Virus record (IMG/VR): IMGVR_UViG_3300020183_000011
Reading direction: 5' to 3' (one strand)
Origin: a virus
DNA: 64,000 nt
Of this stretch, positions 59,762 through 64,000 are shown piece by piece; positions within the stretch are counted from its first letter, which is position 1; every line of letters starts with the position of its first letter. Position numbers and translations under genes: made by a program. Under the pieces are notes generated by a model. The model was not told where the DNA came from, did not search any database, and worked only from the letters and a program-made list of their open reading frames with translations.

Positions 59762-60550
59762 ATGATGATAAAATCATTAAAACTTTTTATCATGATTTTA
59801 TTATTAAGTTTCAATGCATGGGCTGCAGACAATAGTATCTACATTGATCAAAGTGGTGATAACAGCACCATCGATGTGATACAAACTGGTGCAGGTAACG
59901 TCATACGTGGCATACAAGGAGTTGGTACAGGTAACACAACACCAGCAAAGATGTATGGTAACAACAGTGTAATCGATATCCAACAAATTGGTAGTACTAA
60001 CACATTAAACTTAGGTTTAAACGTAAGTACAGCAGTTGGTCGTGCGTATGGTATCGACTTAACATACTATGTAACTGGTAATAATGGTACAGCAACCATC
60101 AACAGTAACAATGCTGGTTCAGGTACAAGTGGAAGTAACTTCATAGATGTGCGTCAAACTGGTAACAGTGCAAGCATTAACTTGAACGTATTAGGTAGTA
60201 AGAATGACTTTACTGCTGTTACATCAGGTGGAGCTTCTAACAGTATCACTGCTACTATTAATGCAAACGAGACAGTAAGTAATATTAGTATGACTGGTGG
60301 TGCAAGTAATACATTTACTGGTACTCTTAGCAGCAACAAAGGTCAAGTTAACGTAACTACTGTTGGCGCAAGTAATGGTGTGACACTATCGCAAACTGGT
60401 ACTGCTGGTATTAATGGTCATGAATTTACACTAAACCTAACTGGATCTAGTAACACGTTTGGTGTTACTCAATCTGGAACTATTGACACAACAGTTAATG
60501 TATTGAGTTCTGGAAGCGGTAATACATGGAACATTACTACTGGAAATTAA
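59762..60550 (+). CDS. Curlin-repeat (CsgA/CsgB-like) secreted protein
   Basis: Signal peptide; repeated Q-x-G-x-x-N units (NSIYIDQSGDNSTIDVIQTGAGN); Gly/Asn/Ser/Thr-rich. Confidence 0.75.
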   Translation: MMIKSLKLFIMILLLSFNAWAADNSIYIDQSGDNSTIDVIQTGAGNVIRGIQGVGTGNTTPAKMYGNNSVIDIQQIGSTNTLNLGLNVSTAVGRAYGIDLTYYVTGNNGTATINSNNAGSGTSGSNFIDVRQTGNSASINLNVLGSKNDFTAVTSGGASNSITATINANETVSNISMTGGASNTFTGTLSSNKGQVNVTTVGASNGVTLSQTGTAGINGHEFTLNLTGSSNTFGVTQSGTIDTTVNVLSSGSGNTWNITTGN

Positions 60551-61644
60551 TATGTATCATATTGCTCTGGCCGCAACTAACACTTGCGGCCGTGGGTAGT
60601 ATAACTGAACTTCAAAACACCCCCGCAAACATCCAACGTAAAGGCTCTAGTCTTACCGGAAATAAAGGTATAGGTGTAGAGATGAACGACGTCGTCAAGA
60701 CGGCTCAAGGCAAAACAGGTATAACTTTTGCTGACGACACAAGAGTACAAGTAAGTGAAAACAGTAAGCTAGTCATCGATGACTTTGTGTATGACCCTAA
60801 TAGCAAGAAGGGTGGTAAGCTTGCAATGAAGGTCGCTTTAGGCACAGTACGTTATGCATCAGGTGCAGTCGCACATAATAACCCAGACAACGTTAAGATC
60901 AATACACCAAGCGCTACTATCGCAGTCAGAGGTACAGACTTTACTGCTACAGTAGACGAGTTAGGTAGGAGCACCATAATCTTATTACCAAGTTGTCCTA
61001 AAGATTATAAAGACGTCATACTTGATTGTAAGACTGGTAAAATCGAAGTACTTACAGACGAAGGCAAAGTTGTATTAGATCAACCGTTTCAAGCCACGAG
61101 GGTTGATAACAGAGATAGTAAGCCGTTTAAACCAGTTACTTTAAACTTAGATGAAACTCAAATAAGTAACATACTCATATTAAGTCCACCAAAAGAGCTT
61201 AGAGAGTCTGATGAAGATAAATCTAAGAAGAGATCTGAAGTAAAAGGTGCACTAGATGTAGACTTCTTAGCGGAGAACAAACTCATAAACGTGTTAGAAA
61301 AACAGGCAGCTGAGACATATAAGAGCAAGCTAGATCGAAACTTCTTAGATAATGATTTATTAGCAAACATACTAGACATCATCAATGCACAATTAGCAGC
61401 TCAATTAGATCTATTAGGTAAGACTAAGTCTGGATTATTACCAGATTATATACCAACTTCTGGTGTATTAGTTGAAGTCGATGATCTACAAGTCACATTA
61501 TGTCGTGAAGGTAACGGAGATGTACAATGCATCACGACTCCAAAAAATCAAAATACAACCATAACACAAACTCAAGGACCAGTAGAGATCAAGAATAGGA
61601 TTAACAATGGTGGTAACACGGTTATTAACGCTACTCAAAATTAG
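60526..61644 (+). CDS. Secreted FecR-domain protein
   Basis: Signal peptide; F.DDT.V.V.ENSKLVIDDFVYDP, TPSATIAVRGTDF. Confidence 0.85.
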   Translation: MEHYYWKLICIILLWPQLTLAAVGSITELQNTPANIQRKGSSLTGNKGIGVEMNDVVKTAQGKTGITFADDTRVQVSENSKLVIDDFVYDPNSKKGGKLAMKVALGTVRYASGAVAHNNPDNVKINTPSATIAVRGTDFTATVDELGRSTIILLPSCPKDYKDVILDCKTGKIEVLTDEGKVVLDQPFQATRVDNRDSKPFKPVTLNLDETQISNILILSPPKELRESDEDKSKKRSEVKGALDVDFLAENKLINVLEKQAAETYKSKLDRNFLDNDLLANILDIINAQLAAQLDLLGKTKSGLLPDYIPTSGVLVEVDDLQVTLCREGNGDVQCITTPKNQNTTITQTQGPVEIKNRINNGGNTVINATQN

Positions 61645-63130
61645 TCTATTGTTATTTTGCTTAGGTGCAAAAGCTGAAACTTTAGGTATAGGCTTTGAAA
61701 ATAATAGCATAGACGGGTGGACAGTTTCTGGAACATTAGCCGCTACGAAGAGTACATGGAGTTCTACAGGAGTGGGTGTAGCTCTTACCACAGGAGTTAC
61801 AAACTATAGTCCAGGTGGAGGTAAGACGTGGAACATAAACCCATATGGATCTTATATGGCTAGTATACAAGCTGGATCTTCAAACACTGTTACTTTTGAT
61901 AGTGCTATCAGCAGCTTAGGGTTGACTGGCACTGAAAATACTGCTATTAAACAATACCTGACATATCAATCACAAAACGGTGGAGGTGGAAACCCTACTC
62001 CAACTAATTCTAGCTGGATGAAAAAAACTTTTACGTTACAAACTGGTGTAACATACACGATTGCTTGGCAATACTTGAGTACAGACTACACACCATATAA
62101 TGACGGTAGTATCATGACACTAACACACACTAGTAATGCTAATATCATGCCAACACTAAACAACCTTGCACAAAGATATGCATTGTTAGGTTTTACAAAT
62201 CCTGGAACCGGTAACTATGCTACAGGCAGTTATGGAGCTACAGGATGGCAAGTAGCTCAGTTTACTGTTCCAGAAAATGGTAGTTATACTTTAGGCTTTG
62301 CATCGTTTAACTTAGGTGACACTGCATTGAGTCCTATCTTATTCATAGACGTCATGCAAGGAACTACTACACTCAATGGACAAACGTTTACACCAGTAAC
62401 ACCAAATGCTGGTAGCTCTGCTCCACCTCCTCCAGCTCCAGGCCCATCTTACAGTTCTGGAATAACACCAGCACAAACGACTACAAAGAACAATGCAAAT
62501 ACTATCAGACAAGGACAACATGGTAACGAGATATACGTTGAACAGTCTGGAAATAACAACACCTTTGATATTAGTCAAGGAGCTACAGTTACGGGTAAAG
62601 CTAGGATAGAACTATATTCTACGGGAGATAATAATACTTTTAACTTGAAACAAGGAAAGAACTCTGATGGCACTACGCCTTTGGCTGATAGTAATAATCA
62701 TTACTTATACTTTAACCTAAACGGTAGCTCAAACAATATCACTACAAGACAAGTGGATGGGACGACTTCAGGATCTGGTCATTTTAATCATTCGACTGTG
62801 GCTGGAAGCAATAACAGTATATTAAACTTACAAACTGGATCTGGTAGCAAGACTTTATTTCAAAGCGTAACTGGTAATAATAACACTGTGTCGACTACTC
62901 AGCAAGATTCTGGTCAACACTACTTAGACCTTAAACTAACTGGTCCTGGTCATAACACGACCATACTTCAGTCTGGTTCAGGTAATCATGCAGCAACCAT
63001 AGACTTAACAAATTCTGGTGGAGCAGCTACATTAAACCTTAATCAGTCAGGATCAACTAATCAAGTTTACAGTATCCAACAAAGTTGTGTTACTGCTGCA
63101 GGTTGCTCAACAAGCATCACACAACCATAG
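61607..63130 (+). CDS. Secreted two-domain protein: N-terminal beta-sandwich-like domain, Pro linker, C-terminal curlin repeats
   Basis: PPPPAPGP linker; GNEIYVEQSGNNN and further QxG..N repeats. Confidence 0.7.
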   Translation: MVVTRLLTLLKISLLLFCLGAKAETLGIGFENNSIDGWTVSGTLAATKSTWSSTGVGVALTTGVTNYSPGGGKTWNINPYGSYMASIQAGSSNTVTFDSAISSLGLTGTENTAIKQYLTYQSQNGGGGNPTPTNSSWMKKTFTLQTGVTYTIAWQYLSTDYTPYNDGSIMTLTHTSNANIMPTLNNLAQRYALLGFTNPGTGNYATGSYGATGWQVAQFTVPENGSYTLGFASFNLGDTALSPILFIDVMQGTTTLNGQTFTPVTPNAGSSAPPPPAPGPSYSSGITPAQTTTKNNANTIRQGQHGNEIYVEQSGNNNTFDISQGATVTGKARIELYSTGDNNTFNLKQGKNSDGTTPLADSNNHYLYFNLNGSSNNITTRQVDGTTSGSGHFNHSTVAGSNNSILNLQTGSGSKTLFQSVTGNNNTVSTTQQDSGQHYLDLKLTGPGHNTTILQSGSGNHAATIDLTNSGGAATLNLNQSGSTNQVYSIQQSCVTAAGCSTSITQP

Positions 63131-63141
63131 ATAAATAACAA

Positions 63142-63885
63142 ATGAAAAAGTATAAGACTATTTGCATCTCTGACACTCATCTTGGTTCTAAGGATGCTAA
63201 GGCTGATCTACTTAATAATTTCCTTAAACACCATGAATGTGATAATCTGTTCTTAGTAGGAGACATCATAGATGGATGGAAGATACAGCAGAACAAATGG
63301 AAATGGAAGCAAAGCCATACTAATGTTATCCGTAGGATACTAGGTTATGCTAAACGTGGAACTAAGGTTACATATGTGACTGGCAACCATGATGAGTTCC
63401 TTAGACCATTCGTCAATCAGTTTGCTTTAGGTTCTATTACTATATGTAACCAAGCAGAGTATAGAGACACTGATGGAAACCTATTCTTAGTAACACATGG
63501 TGACATGTTTGATGGTATTACAAGAGTTGGTAAATGGATTGGGTTTCTTGGCGATACAGCTTATGATTGTGTATTATGGATCAATACTAAATTTAACTAC
63601 ATAAGACATAGGTTAGGGTTTGGTTATTGGTCATTAAGTAAGTTTCTTAAACATCAAGTAAAGAAAGCGATAGATTTTGTATTCAAATTCGAAGAAAACC
63701 TTGCAGGATACTGTGAACGAAAAAACTTTGATGGAGTTATTTGCGGCCATATCCATACTCCACAGATTAAGACAATCAATGGAATAATCTACATGAATGA
63801 TGGTGACTGGGTAGAATCATGCTCAGCTCTTGTAGAACATGAAGATGGTAAATGGGAAATAATTTATTGGAATGAGATCATATGA
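63142..63885 (+). CDS. plcP: PlcP-type phospholipase C (LpxH-like metallophosphoesterase)
   Basis: SDTHLG, GDIIDGW, GNHDE, HGDMFD, YWSLS, CGHIH, NDGDWVESCSALVE. Confidence 0.82.
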   Translation: MKKYKTICISDTHLGSKDAKADLLNNFLKHHECDNLFLVGDIIDGWKIQQNKWKWKQSHTNVIRRILGYAKRGTKVTYVTGNHDEFLRPFVNQFALGSITICNQAEYRDTDGNLFLVTHGDMFDGITRVGKWIGFLGDTAYDCVLWINTKFNYIRHRLGFGYWSLSKFLKHQVKKAIDFVFKFEENLAGYCERKNFDGVICGHIHTPQIKTINGIIYMNDGDWVESCSALVEHEDGKWEIIYWNEII

Positions 63886-64000
63886 AGATATTAATAGTAA
63901 CAGACAATTTAAGAGATCAAGTCAATGGCGTTGTCACTACATACAAAAATATTGAGGATCATGCTGTTTCTGCTGGTCATAGTATTGTTTATCTTGATCC
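63882..64000 (+). CDS. GT4 glycosyltransferase (Agt-like), N-terminus, truncated by the window end
   Basis: MKILIVTD...QVNGVVTT, coupled to the plcP stop. Confidence 0.75.
   Translation, partial: MKILIVTDNLRDQVNGVVTTYKNIEDHAVSAGHSIVYLD

Noticed and set aside
609-62578. All minus-strand ORFs in the track
   Set aside because: They are antisense shadows of + strand genes with no recognisable motifs
1-64000. tRNA, rRNA, CRISPR array, integrase or stop-codon recoding
   Set aside because: None recognised by eye; core genes are full-length in the standard code

Overview
A 64-kb piece of a large, AT-rich T4-like myophage genome with essentially all genes on the + strand. The host is inferred to be a Methylophilaceae-type betaproteobacterial methylotroph, based on a phage-borne pqqA. 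The T4 replication core is present: gp47 end, gp46, gp45, gp44, gp62, regA, gp30, gp43, gp42, cd, uvsX, gp41, gp61, nrdA and nrdB. Five accessory modules stand out. (1) A host-takeover island: pqqA (missed by the ORF track), bS21 with an apparent ATA start, an RNAP omega-like gene and Hsp20. (2) A five-gene candidate DNA-hypermodification operon (UDG-like, two aGPT-Pplase-like paralogs, a PLP enzyme and an SGNH protein) in a genome whose hydroxymethylase is of the dCMP type. (3) A block of enzymes plus a 1207-aa modular protein carrying T4-type capsid-targeting N-termini and many prohead-protease-like sites. (4) A curli-type locus: csgF, csgG, two curlin-repeat proteins and a FecR-domain protein. 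(5) A plcP plus glycosyltransferase lipid-remodelling pair; dps, erpA, iscU and speD-like genes lie elsewhere in the window. Regulatory signals: TGTACA/T-N17-TATAAT promoters (several with IHF-consensus sites and several apparently leaderless) and T4 late TATAAATA promoters. No tRNA, rRNA or CRISPR array was recognised. All family assignments come from motif recognition by eye, not database searches.
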